A stretch of DNA of 64,000 bases from a candidate division FCPU426 bacterium. GTDB lineage: Bacteria > Oederibacteriota > Muellerivitia > Muellerivitales > Muellerivitaceae. A program made the position numbers and the translations under genes. The stretch is taken from positions 45,244-109,243 of the forward strand of contig CAWKAR010000039.1 of assembly GCA_963847625.1 (NCBI GenBank), in the 5' to 3' direction. The notes beneath the pieces were generated by a model. The model saw only the letters and a list, made by a program, of their open reading frames with translations. It did no database searches and was not told the origin of the DNA. Shown here in pieces: positions 39,375-48,179 of this stretch (positions are counted from its first letter, which is position 1; each line of letters begins with the position of its first letter).

Positions 39375-41810
39375 ATGAAATTACTCAAATTCAAGATCAT
39401 TTTCTCCACGTTAATTCTGCTTGCTTGGCCTTTGTTTCTGAACGCCCAAACCCAGCCGGCTACCATTACGATCAACTCGGCTTCAACCATCACCTCATTC
39501 GTTCCCATCAGCATTTTTGGAAACAACACGGCCTATTGGACGAATAACGGTGATGACATGTCTGTGCAGCCTTTGGTCCAGGCGGTGGGAAATTATTTCA
39601 TACGATATCCAGGCGGTTCCTCCTCGGATATTTTCCATTGGAACGGATCGGGAACTTTTAATTCCAACGGTTATTGGATTCCCAGCGGAACCACTTATGC
39701 TCCTGGTCATCAATGTAATCAAACTTACGCGGGAACAACTGCATCCAATGCCGGGGGTTATTCCAATATAACAGACGGAGATATCTCCACGACCTGGCTT
39801 TCTAACGTGGACACGGATTTACCAAACCACCAGTGGGTCCAGCTTTCCGCAGGGATTCAAGTGAACGCCATTACCATTGTCTGGGGTAACCCTTACGCCA
39901 CATCATTTCAAATTCAATACTATAACGGCTGGCCTTGGAGCAATAGCGTCTTGGAAAGTGCATGGTCATCAGTGGTGACTATGACGGGCACCGGGGGAAC
40001 TCAGGGGGTGACTTTTGCCCCCATTTCCCCTCAATATATCCGCATCCTCATGACTGTCTCTTCGGGGCCGGTGACGGCCAACTTGGGTTCGGTGACGGTC
40101 ATCGGCCCCGCTTACGCCATCGCTGAGGCGTCTTTATATAATGGGACGACTTTAGTTTCCTCGAGCAATACCCAGGTTTGGGTTTCCAGTACAGATCCCG
40201 CTTCCAGCAACGGCTGGCAACCTTCCTTCGACTTTGAATCCTTCATGTCCTATATGAACGCCTTCGGCACCAACCTGAAAGCTATTCCCATCATCACCGT
40301 CAATTTTGGGACCGGAACACCGGCCGAGGCGGCCTCCTGGGTTTATTACGCCAATAAAGTGGCGCATCCACAATACCCGAACTGGGCCGGCTGCCATTAC
40401 TGGCAGATCGGCAACGAGGACGAAGGTTTCTGGGAGGCGGGTGGGCCTATTCCCACTCAGGATTATGTCAGGCGTTATATCGAGTATTACGACGCCATGA
40501 AGGCCGTGGATTCGAGCATCATTATCACGGGCCCGGTGGCAGGAGGATTCAATACGCCATCCAATATGTACGATGGAAACGGTGTGATGCAGGATTTCAT
40601 CAATATTTTAAAAGTGAAAGGAAAACTTGATCATCTCAACGCCATCGATTTCCATTGGTATCCCGAGGGAGGCAGCTATACCGATGCCAGCGCCTTGGCC
40701 AGCACCTCCTCCTTGGATTCTTATCCGGGGCAATTGAACGGCTGGCTTTCAAACGCGGGTATTGTCAGTCCATCCGCCGTGCCGGTGATGATGACCGAAT
40801 ACAACGTCGATCCTGGGAATGAAAATTTCCAGGTCCAGTTGGGGGACGGCCTTTGGCTGGCCGACGCCTTGGGACATTTCATCACGGACTTCGGGAGCCG
40901 CGGTTACTGCAACCTTTGGGACACCTTGAATGGGGGAAATAACGACGGGGATTACTACATAACCGCTGGTGATTTAGGATACCTGGACGCGGCCTATAAC
41001 TATGCACCGCGCGCTACCTATTGGGCCATGAAAATGATGACCAACGATTGGGCTATCCCTGGTGATACCAATGCCCATCAACTGATTACAGCCAACAGCA
41101 GTACTGCGTCCCTCGCGGCTTACGCGGACTATCGCCCTGATAGCATCATTTCGTTGGTGGTGGTCAATAAAGACCCGAGCAACTTTTATAATACATGGGT
41201 GACAGGCATCCCTTACACCCCCAACGCCACCGCCGATGAGTGGACCTTCGATTCCACCAATTACCAGTGGGTGATCACCGGGTCAACGCCATACCACGCC
41301 ACGCCGAATACGGCCCCGACTACCCTCACATTAAGCGGGGTAGCCAGCTCATTCCCTGTCACTTTTGGGCCTTATTCTATAACGGTTTTGCAGATTAACC
41401 ATCCAGCCACTTCTACGCCTACCTTTACTCCACCCCCCTGTACCGACGGTTCCGGACACACTTGTACTCCCACCAATACCCCCACCGCGACGATCACGCC
41501 CACTCCCACGGCGACGGTTACGAATCTCAATGTTCTTTTTCCCAACCCTATTCGGGACCAAACACCCCTGAACTTTTATTACCATTTGGATTCCAACAAT
41601 GACTGGGTGAAAGTCAAAATATTCACGACTTCATTCAGAAAAATTTACGAGCAGGACAGCTTGCCGTTTAAACAAGGAACACACCCTTACCAGCTGAATT
41701 GGGCCCAATCGGGATTAAACCCAGCCAATGGACTTTATTATGTTGTTTTGGACCGGCTAAATGGCGGTCATGAGAGCCTCCAGATCATGAAACTTCTCAT
41801 CTTTCGCTAA
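39375..41810 (+). CDS. Secreted glycoside hydrolase (clan GH-A; GH51/GH39/GH30-like catalytic barrel) with an inserted F5/8-type C (discoidin/CBM32-like) domain and a C-terminal Por-secretion-tail/FlgD-Ig-like sorting domain
   Basis: Signal peptide. FIRYPGGSSSDIFHW (GH51-like). NITDGDISTTWLS...HQWVQLS...VNAITIVWGNPYATSFQIQY (discoidin-like). WQIGNEDEG (acid/base NE). VMMTEYNV (nucleophile TE). Thr/Pro linker, then a ~90-aa CTD. Confidence 0.65.
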   Translation: MKLLKFKIIFSTLILLAWPLFLNAQTQPATITINSASTITSFVPISIFGNNTAYWTNNGDDMSVQPLVQAVGNYFIRYPGGSSSDIFHWNGSGTFNSNGYWIPSGTTYAPGHQCNQTYAGTTASNAGGYSNITDGDISTTWLSNVDTDLPNHQWVQLSAGIQVNAITIVWGNPYATSFQIQYYNGWPWSNSVLESAWSSVVTMTGTGGTQGVTFAPISPQYIRILMTVSSGPVTANLGSVTVIGPAYAIAEASLYNGTTLVSSSNTQVWVSSTDPASSNGWQPSFDFESFMSYMNAFGTNLKAIPIITVNFGTGTPAEAASWVYYANKVAHPQYPNWAGCHYWQIGNEDEGFWEAGGPIPTQDYVRRYIEYYDAMKAVDSSIIITGPVAGGFNTPSNMYDGNGVMQDFINILKVKGKLDHLNAIDFHWYPEGGSYTDASALASTSSLDSYPGQLNGWLSNAGIVSPSAVPVMMTEYNVDPGNENFQVQLGDGLWLADALGHFITDFGSRGYCNLWDTLNGGNNDGDYYITAGDLGYLDAAYNYAPRATYWAMKMMTNDWAIPGDTNAHQLITANSSTASLAAYADYRPDSIISLVVVNKDPSNFYNTWVTGIPYTPNATADEWTFDSTNYQWVITGSTPYHATPNTAPTTLTLSGVASSFPVTFGPYSITVLQINHPATSTPTFTPPPCTDGSGHTCTPTNTPTATITPTPTATVTNLNVLFPNPIRDQTPLNFYYHLDSNNDWVKVKIFTTSFRKIYEQDSLPFKQGTHPYQLNWAQSGLNPANGLYYVVLDRLNGGHESLQIMKLLIFR

Positions 41811-41942
41811 AACCCTCTTAAACGTTTTTTTCACAACTTGAAACCCACTGAAAATGTCAGGTAATATGATAATGTCTTTTTCCAAAAGTAATGGAATTGA
41901 ATAAATTCGACTTCGCCTTTAAATGTTGTTGAAGAGGCAAAC

Positions 41943-43058
41943 ATGGCTGAGCAATTCTACGAAATCAAGCGTCGCAAGACCCGAACTGTCATGGTTGGGA
42001 AGGTCCAGGTGGGAAGCGGGGCTCCCATCTCCATCCAATCCATGACCAACACCCATACCTACGATATCCAGGAAACGCTTGACCAGATCAAGCGCCTGGA
42101 AGACGCAGGGTGCGAGATCATTCGAGTAACGGTGGAGAATCAGAAATCCCTCAAGGCTCTTGGGAAGATTAAATCGAAAATGAGAGTGCCTTTGGTGGCG
42201 GACATTCATTTCGCCTACCAGCTCGCTTTGGGGGCCGTGGATGAGGGCGCGGATAAAATCCGCATCAACCCTGGAAATATCGGCGGGATGGATCGGCTGG
42301 CGCTAGTGGTCGAAAAATGCAAACAACATAACGTGGCCATGCGGGTGGGAGTGAATTCAGGTTCTTTGGAAAAGGATCTGCTAGAGAAATACGGCCATCC
42401 TACGCCCGAGGCTATCGTGGAATCTGCTCTCCGGCATATCCGCTTCATCGAGTCCCTGGGCTACCAAAGCCTGGTTATCTCCGTAAAAAGCTCCCACGTG
42501 CCTACCATGATTCGTTCCTACCGTCTCCTGGCGGAGAAGTGCGAATACCCCTTACACGTGGGAGTCACCGAGGCCGGCACCAAGACGCAAGGCATCACCA
42601 AGAGCGCTGCTGGAATCGGGGCGGTCTTGGCTGAGGGCATCGGGGACACCATCCGGGTTTCGCTCACCGCCGACCCGGTGGAGGAGATAAAAGTCGCAAC
42701 CCAGCTTTTGCGCGCAATGGGTTTGAGGAAGGAAGGGGTGGACATTGTGGCCTGCCCTACTTGCGGACGCTGTCACGTTGACCTGGAAGCGATGGTGGAT
42801 GCGGTGGAAAACGCTACTTTGAACATAAAGACCCCCCTGCGGGTGGCCGTTATGGGATGCGTAGTAAACGGTCTCGGAGAGGGGGCGGAAGCGGATATCG
42901 GCTTATGCTCCGAAAAGGGCCATGGGGTTATTTTCGAGAAGGGCAAGGTCACGACCCGCTTGAAGGAAGAAGAATTGGTGTCCCATTTGATCAACGAGGT
43001 CAAGAAAAGGGCCGAAGAAATGTCTAAAAAAGCTCAATTCCCAGCAGAAAGTACCTGA
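41943..43058 (+). CDS. ispG: 4-hydroxy-3-methylbut-2-enyl diphosphate synthase (flavodoxin)
   Basis: GcpE TIM-barrel (VPLVADIHF) plus C-terminal 4Fe-4S domain CPTCGRC...GCVVNG. Confidence 0.9.
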   Translation: MAEQFYEIKRRKTRTVMVGKVQVGSGAPISIQSMTNTHTYDIQETLDQIKRLEDAGCEIIRVTVENQKSLKALGKIKSKMRVPLVADIHFAYQLALGAVDEGADKIRINPGNIGGMDRLALVVEKCKQHNVAMRVGVNSGSLEKDLLEKYGHPTPEAIVESALRHIRFIESLGYQSLVISVKSSHVPTMIRSYRLLAEKCEYPLHVGVTEAGTKTQGITKSAAGIGAVLAEGIGDTIRVSLTADPVEEIKVATQLLRAMGLRKEGVDIVACPTCGRCHVDLEAMVDAVENATLNIKTPLRVAVMGCVVNGLGEGAEADIGLCSEKGHGVIFEKGKVTTRLKEEELVSHLINEVKKRAEEMSKKAQFPAEST

Positions 43059-43204
43059 AATTTTTTCGCCGTTTTGGCTGGATAACCTTATTTAATTCCT
43101 TGCTGAAATCACACAATTGAAGAAAATAGTTCTTCGAGAGGGGTACGGTATGCCGTACTCCTTAATTTTTACCCGCGGTTTATTTGGTGAATAAAAGGAT
43201 TTTT

Positions 43205-44932
43205 ATGCGAGTCTCCAAAGCCTTGATTCCCACCGTCAAGGAAACTCCCGGCGAGGCGGAAATTCCCTCCCATAAACTTATGCTTCGGGCTGGATTGATG
43301 CGTAAGGTGGCCTCAGGCATCTACGAGTACCTTCCCCTGGGCGTGCGTTCCATCTTGAAAGTGTCAAATATCATCCGGGAGGAAATGACCCGGGCTGGTG
43401 CCCAGGAAGTGCTTCTTCCCATCATGACACCTGCTGAACTTTGGGTGGAAACGGGCCGATGGCAGAAATACGGGAAGGAACTCATGCGCTTGAAGGACCG
43501 CCATGAGCGCGACTACGCTCTCGGACCCACGCACGAGGAGGTTATCACTGACCTTGTGCGAAGGGAACTCAAGAGTTACAAACAACTGCCCTTGAATCTT
43601 TTCCAGATCGCCACCAAATTCCGGGACGAGGTCCGTCCCCGGTTCGGGGTCATGCGCAGCCGAGAGTTTCTCATGAAGGATGGTTATTCCTTCGACGTGG
43701 ACAACGAGGCTTGCGACAAGACTTATTGGGCCATGGTGGAGGCTTACAAACGGGTTTTCAAGCGATGTGGCTTGTCTTTTTCCCCTGTGGAAGCGGACTC
43801 GGGCCTGATTGGGGGGAGCTTCACCCATGAATTCATGGTCCTAGCCGAGACCGGAGAAGCAGCCATCGCCATGTGTGAAGCTTGTGGGTATGCGGCTAAC
43901 CTAGAAAAAGCCGTTTCGGTTCCATTACCTCACACTGCTGAAGAATCTGGCCCGGCTTTCTCGAAGGTGGAAACACCCGGCAAGCACACCGTAGAAGATG
44001 TTGGCAAATTCCTGAAATTGCCGCCTCAACAATTCATCAAGACCCTCATATTCATAGCGGATGGGAAACCGGTGGCCGTCATGGCGCGAGGGGACCACGA
44101 GGTCAACGAGATCAAGGTCAAGAACTACCTCCAAGCCACCGAACTAGCCCTGGCCTCATCCGAGAAGGTCATGGAAGCAACCGAAGCCCCGGTGGGGTTT
44201 GCCGGGCCCGTGGGATTGAAAGGAATACGCGTGATTTCGGATCAAGCCCTGAAGGGAGGGCACCAATACGTGACAGGGGGGCTGGAAAAGGATATCCATC
44301 TGAAAAACGTTGAATTCGGAAGAGATTTTCCCGAGCCTGAGTGGGGCGATTTTCGAAATGTTGCCTCGGGGGAGGGATGTCCCCATTGCGGCAAGCCTGT
44401 CAAAGCGGGACGTGGCATCGAGGTGGGACAGACCTTCAAACTGGGGCTCAAGTACTCGACTTCCATGCATTGCGTTTACCTAGATGAGAAGGGCCAGGAA
44501 CGGGAGGCGGTCATGGGCTGCTATGGAATCGGCGTCACCCGCACGGTGGGCGCGGCTATCGAGCAGCATAATGACGCGGACGGCATCCGGTGGCCCATTT
44601 CTATCGCGCCCTATCAGGTGCACCTGCTTTGCCTGAATCCCGCCGAAACCGAGGTGACCCGGGTTGCCGACCAGTGTTACGTGGATTTAATGAAAGCCGG
44701 ATACGAAGTTCTTTATGATGACCGCGCCGACACCACAGCGGGGTTCAAATTCAAGGATGCGGATCTTTTGGGCATGCCGCTCGCGGTACGAGTGGGCGCC
44801 AAGGGGTTGAAGGAAGGGCTGGTCGAGGTAAAACGACGACGGGAAAAGGAAGTCTCCAAGGTCCCGATGGCAATGGTGTTGGACAAGGTCAAGGAATTAG
44901 CCAGCGAGGAATGGAAAATCTGCACCCCCTGA
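43205..44932 (+). CDS. proS: Prolyl-tRNA synthetase (bacterial type with editing domain)
   Basis: MRVSKALIPTVKE start; class II motifs FRDEVRPRFGVMRSREFLMKDGYSF; anticodon-binding C-terminus. Confidence 0.9.
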   Translation: MRVSKALIPTVKETPGEAEIPSHKLMLRAGLMRKVASGIYEYLPLGVRSILKVSNIIREEMTRAGAQEVLLPIMTPAELWVETGRWQKYGKELMRLKDRHERDYALGPTHEEVITDLVRRELKSYKQLPLNLFQIATKFRDEVRPRFGVMRSREFLMKDGYSFDVDNEACDKTYWAMVEAYKRVFKRCGLSFSPVEADSGLIGGSFTHEFMVLAETGEAAIAMCEACGYAANLEKAVSVPLPHTAEESGPAFSKVETPGKHTVEDVGKFLKLPPQQFIKTLIFIADGKPVAVMARGDHEVNEIKVKNYLQATELALASSEKVMEATEAPVGFAGPVGLKGIRVISDQALKGGHQYVTGGLEKDIHLKNVEFGRDFPEPEWGDFRNVASGEGCPHCGKPVKAGRGIEVGQTFKLGLKYSTSMHCVYLDEKGQEREAVMGCYGIGVTRTVGAAIEQHNDADGIRWPISIAPYQVHLLCLNPAETEVTRVADQCYVDLMKAGYEVLYDDRADTTAGFKFKDADLLGMPLAVRVGAKGLKEGLVEVKRRREKEVSKVPMAMVLDKVKELASEEWKICTP

Positions 44933-45026
44933 ACGGCGATCAGTGGCGATGAAACACCCACGATAAACAAAAGCTTGGTTGGGAAGCCCGACGCATTCAG
45001 CAAATCTTCTATTAAGGACCGCTTGC

Positions 45027-46181
45027 TTGAAAATCGCCCTGGTTACCGACACCTATTTTCCCCGAATCAACGGCGTTTCCGCGTCCACCCGGATTTTTGC
45101 GGAGGAATTCGATCGGCTCGGCCACGAAGTCCATATTTATGCCCCGGCTTTCCCGAACCATATCGACGAGGCGGGCCGCATCCAGGTCCACCGTTTTCCT
45201 TCCTGGTATCTTTTTTTCGATCCCGAGGACCGTTTAGGATATCCTTCCGGGGATAAGAAACTGATTCGTCGGTTCATCGACATGAAGTTCGATGTTGTGC
45301 ATACCCAAACCCCTTTCACCATAGGGGGTCCCGCGGTGAAATGGGCCCGGCAATCAGGTGCGAAATTGGTTCACACTTACCATACCCTTTTCGCGGCTTA
45401 CGTGGAGCATTACCTCTGGTTTTTCCCCAAGAGTTTCAGCGTTTGGTACGCCAAAACCGCCAGCCGCCGCTATTGCAATTCCTGTGACCTGGTGGTAACC
45501 CCGTCCTCGGAAATGCGGGAGGTGCTCCTGGGTTACGGCGTGACAAAGCCCATCGAGGTGGTACCCACCGGTATCCGGTTGGAAAAATTCAAAGGAAGCG
45601 ATCCAAAAAGATTCCGGGAACTTAAGGGTTATAAACCCGAGGACAAGGTCCTTTTATTCATGGGCCGGGTGGCGGAGGAAAAAAACATCGATTTTTTACT
45701 TCGAGTAATCCACCGATTGGTAGCCCGGATACCTTGTTTGCATTTCCTGATCGCGGGGGAAGGAGCGGCCAAGAAACGCCTCCAGAAAATGGCTTTCGAA
45801 TTGGGCTTGGGTGACCGCGTTTTATTTGCCGGTTACTTGGACCGGGAGGATTGGCGGGATTGTTACGCCGGGGCGGACCTTTTCATTTTAGCTTCGGTCA
45901 CCGAAACCCAGGGGCTGGTTGTTACCGAGGCCATGGCAGCCGGTGTACCTGTTGTGGCGGTGGGGGAGATGGGCGTCAAGGAAGTGATGGCTTCCGGCAA
46001 GGGGGGCATCCAAACCCAGTTGGACGAAGATGAATTTTCCGAGGCTGTCTACCGAATGATGACCGACCCGGCGCTCTACGCCCAAAAAAAATCGGAAACA
46101 CTTGTTGAAGCCGAGAAATGGTCTTCCACCACCATGGCCAAGAAAATGATCAAAGCGTATGAAAACATTCCCCGGAAATGA
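45027..46181 (+). CDS. Glycosyltransferase family 4 (GT-B, group 1)
   Basis: TTG start with AAGGA RBS. KIALVTDTYFPRINGVS N-terminus. C-terminal EX7E region ASVTETQGLVVTEAMAAGVPVVA. Confidence 0.8.
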   Translation: MKIALVTDTYFPRINGVSASTRIFAEEFDRLGHEVHIYAPAFPNHIDEAGRIQVHRFPSWYLFFDPEDRLGYPSGDKKLIRRFIDMKFDVVHTQTPFTIGGPAVKWARQSGAKLVHTYHTLFAAYVEHYLWFFPKSFSVWYAKTASRRYCNSCDLVVTPSSEMREVLLGYGVTKPIEVVPTGIRLEKFKGSDPKRFRELKGYKPEDKVLLFMGRVAEEKNIDFLLRVIHRLVARIPCLHFLIAGEGAAKKRLQKMAFELGLGDRVLFAGYLDREDWRDCYAGADLFILASVTETQGLVVTEAMAAGVPVVAVGEMGVKEVMASGKGGIQTQLDEDEFSEAVYRMMTDPALYAQKKSETLVEAEKWSSTTMAKKMIKAYENIPRK

Positions 46182-47025
46182 ATGGATCGCGCGGACAAGG
46201 AATGTCTTGCCCCTAACATGGTTTGTTGCGTTGGCCTTATGCTTTCTAACGGGTTTATCGGCCCGCGCGCAAGATCTCCAGAAACCCTGGGTTTTCCTGC
46301 CGGGCCCGCCCCAGTTTAACCCACTTCTCGCCGACCCGAGGGAACCCCAAACCTCCATCATCGCCCATACCAATCAAAGCCGTTTTGAGGGTGCCGTGGG
46401 GGCCCAACTGGAGATCCTCCGTTATAACGATCCCGGCGGAACTCATTGGGCCGCAGGACTCTTCGGATCGGGTTTTATTTTACTGGATGAGAATGGCGCC
46501 ACCTTTCCCGCCCGGGCCAACGACTGGGTCGCGGGTTTGGACCTCAGCGAGAGCACCGGAATCCTTTCCCACCGCTTGGAATTCTTGCACCAAAGCTCCC
46601 ATCTTGGGGATTCCTTAGAGGGTGTTCAAGAACCTATCATCTACAATGGCGAGAACTTCAATTATGTCTGCTCCCTCCAGCCTTGGGAAAATTTAAGATT
46701 TTATGCGGGAATTGGCGCTTGGGAAAATTTATTCCCGCCGGATAACGCTTTTTTTGCCCCTTTCGGCGTGGAAGTTTTTTCCCCCCCATTGGGTTTTATC
46801 GGAACTTATATGAGGGGTTACACGGCCTGCCATTTGGAATGGAAAGGCCAGGCAGGCGGCCAATGGGATGGAGCGTTCCAATGGGGAATCCAATGGAAGT
46901 GGAAAAAAAATGAACCCCGCGCGGTCCGTTTGGCTCTCGTTTATTACGACGGTAATTACCAATTCGGGCAATTTTACCTGAGACACGATTCACATTTAGG
47001 TATTGGAATTTACTTTGACCCATGA
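46159..47025 (+). CDS. Secreted hypothetical protein, paralog A (conserved WVFLPGPPQFNPLLADPRE and HQSSHLGDS motifs; ends GIYFDP)
   Basis: Signal peptide. Tandem paralog of the next gene with shared N- and C-terminal motifs and an HxSSHLGD block. Confidence 0.5.
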   Translation: MKTFPGNEWIARTRNVLPLTWFVALALCFLTGLSARAQDLQKPWVFLPGPPQFNPLLADPREPQTSIIAHTNQSRFEGAVGAQLEILRYNDPGGTHWAAGLFGSGFILLDENGATFPARANDWVAGLDLSESTGILSHRLEFLHQSSHLGDSLEGVQEPIIYNGENFNYVCSLQPWENLRFYAGIGAWENLFPPDNAFFAPFGVEVFSPPLGFIGTYMRGYTACHLEWKGQAGGQWDGAFQWGIQWKWKKNEPRAVRLALVYYDGNYQFGQFYLRHDSHLGIGIYFDP

Positions 47026-47032
47026 GAAAACG

Positions 47033-47902
47033 ATGAAAAGATTTTTCTATCCCCTATTTGCTTTATGCCTGACGGTCGTCTTCGGGGCGGTTCAAGCCCA
47101 GGAGAGCCCTTGGGTGTTCCTGCCGACTGTGCCGGTTTTTGAACCCCTTCTGGGTGATCCGAGGGAAGTCCAAAACGGAATCAATTTCAGGACGGGACGG
47201 TTCAATTTCGAGGGTTCAGTCGGTTCCACGCTTGAGTTTCTCCAGTGGCGGCCAACCGGATCGACACGATGGGGATGGGGCATCTTGGGTGAGGGTTTTG
47301 TCAGCCTGAATACCGCGAGTCAAAACGATTATCCCAACCGGGCGGTAACCTGCGATGGAAATTTGATTTATGACGAGTTTCCGGAGATAGCAAATGATTG
47401 GTACTTTGGAATGTATTTCAGCGAATCCTCCGGTTATTTCTCAAACAGGTTTGACTACACTCACGTCAGCTCTCACCTTGGCGACGAGCTTTTCAACTAT
47501 GTAAAAAGTTTCATCTACACCCGAGAAAGTTTCCGTTTCACTTCCTCGTACCAGCCCTCGGAGCGATTCCGCTTATATGCCGGCTTGGGCTACTATCCCC
47601 ATATGTCACCGGATGGCAAACGGTTGTTCGCTCACGCGGGAACGGAGTGTTATACGGCTTTTTTCCCCTTCATTTTAGCGACAACCGGAAGGGGATATTT
47701 CACCTATGATGTGAAAGCCAAGCAGGAAGCCGGTGGAGTTGTGAACCAGGAATTCCAATTGGGTTTTCAATGGAAATGGAACAGAAAAACCCAGGAAGTC
47801 CTTCACCTTGGCATTCTTTATTTCAATGGAAATTCAGAGTACGGCCAGTTTTACCTTCAAAATGACAATCATTGGAGCTTTTTTATTTATTTTGATCCAT
47901 GA
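47033..47902 (+). CDS. Secreted hypothetical protein, paralog B (WVFLPTVPVFEPLLGDPRE, THVSSHLGDE; ends FIYFDP)
   Basis: Signal peptide MKRFFYPLFALCLTVVFGAVQA. Same motif set as paralog A. Confidence 0.5.
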   Translation: MKRFFYPLFALCLTVVFGAVQAQESPWVFLPTVPVFEPLLGDPREVQNGINFRTGRFNFEGSVGSTLEFLQWRPTGSTRWGWGILGEGFVSLNTASQNDYPNRAVTCDGNLIYDEFPEIANDWYFGMYFSESSGYFSNRFDYTHVSSHLGDELFNYVKSFIYTRESFRFTSSYQPSERFRLYAGLGYYPHMSPDGKRLFAHAGTECYTAFFPFILATTGRGYFTYDVKAKQEAGGVVNQEFQLGFQWKWNRKTQEVLHLGILYFNGNSEYGQFYLQNDNHWSFFIYFDP

Positions 47903-48095
47903 AATTTTTGAATTTTTGTGGTAATGATATTGGATAATATTTTTCTAAAATGAAAAAACTTTCTTGAATACATTTAGACTTCTCGCTTTTCGTTTCCTGC
48001 ATTAAAACCAAGAATAGGTTCGGGGATTCTTAAGCACCAAATGGATGAGTCATGATCGCGGATAGTTCTAGACATATTTTGGATTTTAAAAATTC

Positions 48096-48123
48096 TTGAC
48101 AAACACTCTATAGGTTGTATAGT
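48096..48123 (+). promoter_or_regulatory. Sigma70-like promoter upstream of polC
   Basis: TTGACA, 16-nt spacer, TATAGT, ~57 nt upstream of the polC start. Confidence 0.4.
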
Positions 48124-48179
48124 GCGAAAAAGTAGCCCCAACCCCTTCCAAATCCCGATAAACCGTTGCTGGAGGCAGA

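Noticed and set aside
43141-43176. Small hairpin GTACGG-tatg-CCGTAC between ispG and proS as a terminator
   Set aside because: Short 6-bp stem with only a weak T-tract downstream. It could equally be a chance palindrome, so it is not listed as a feature.
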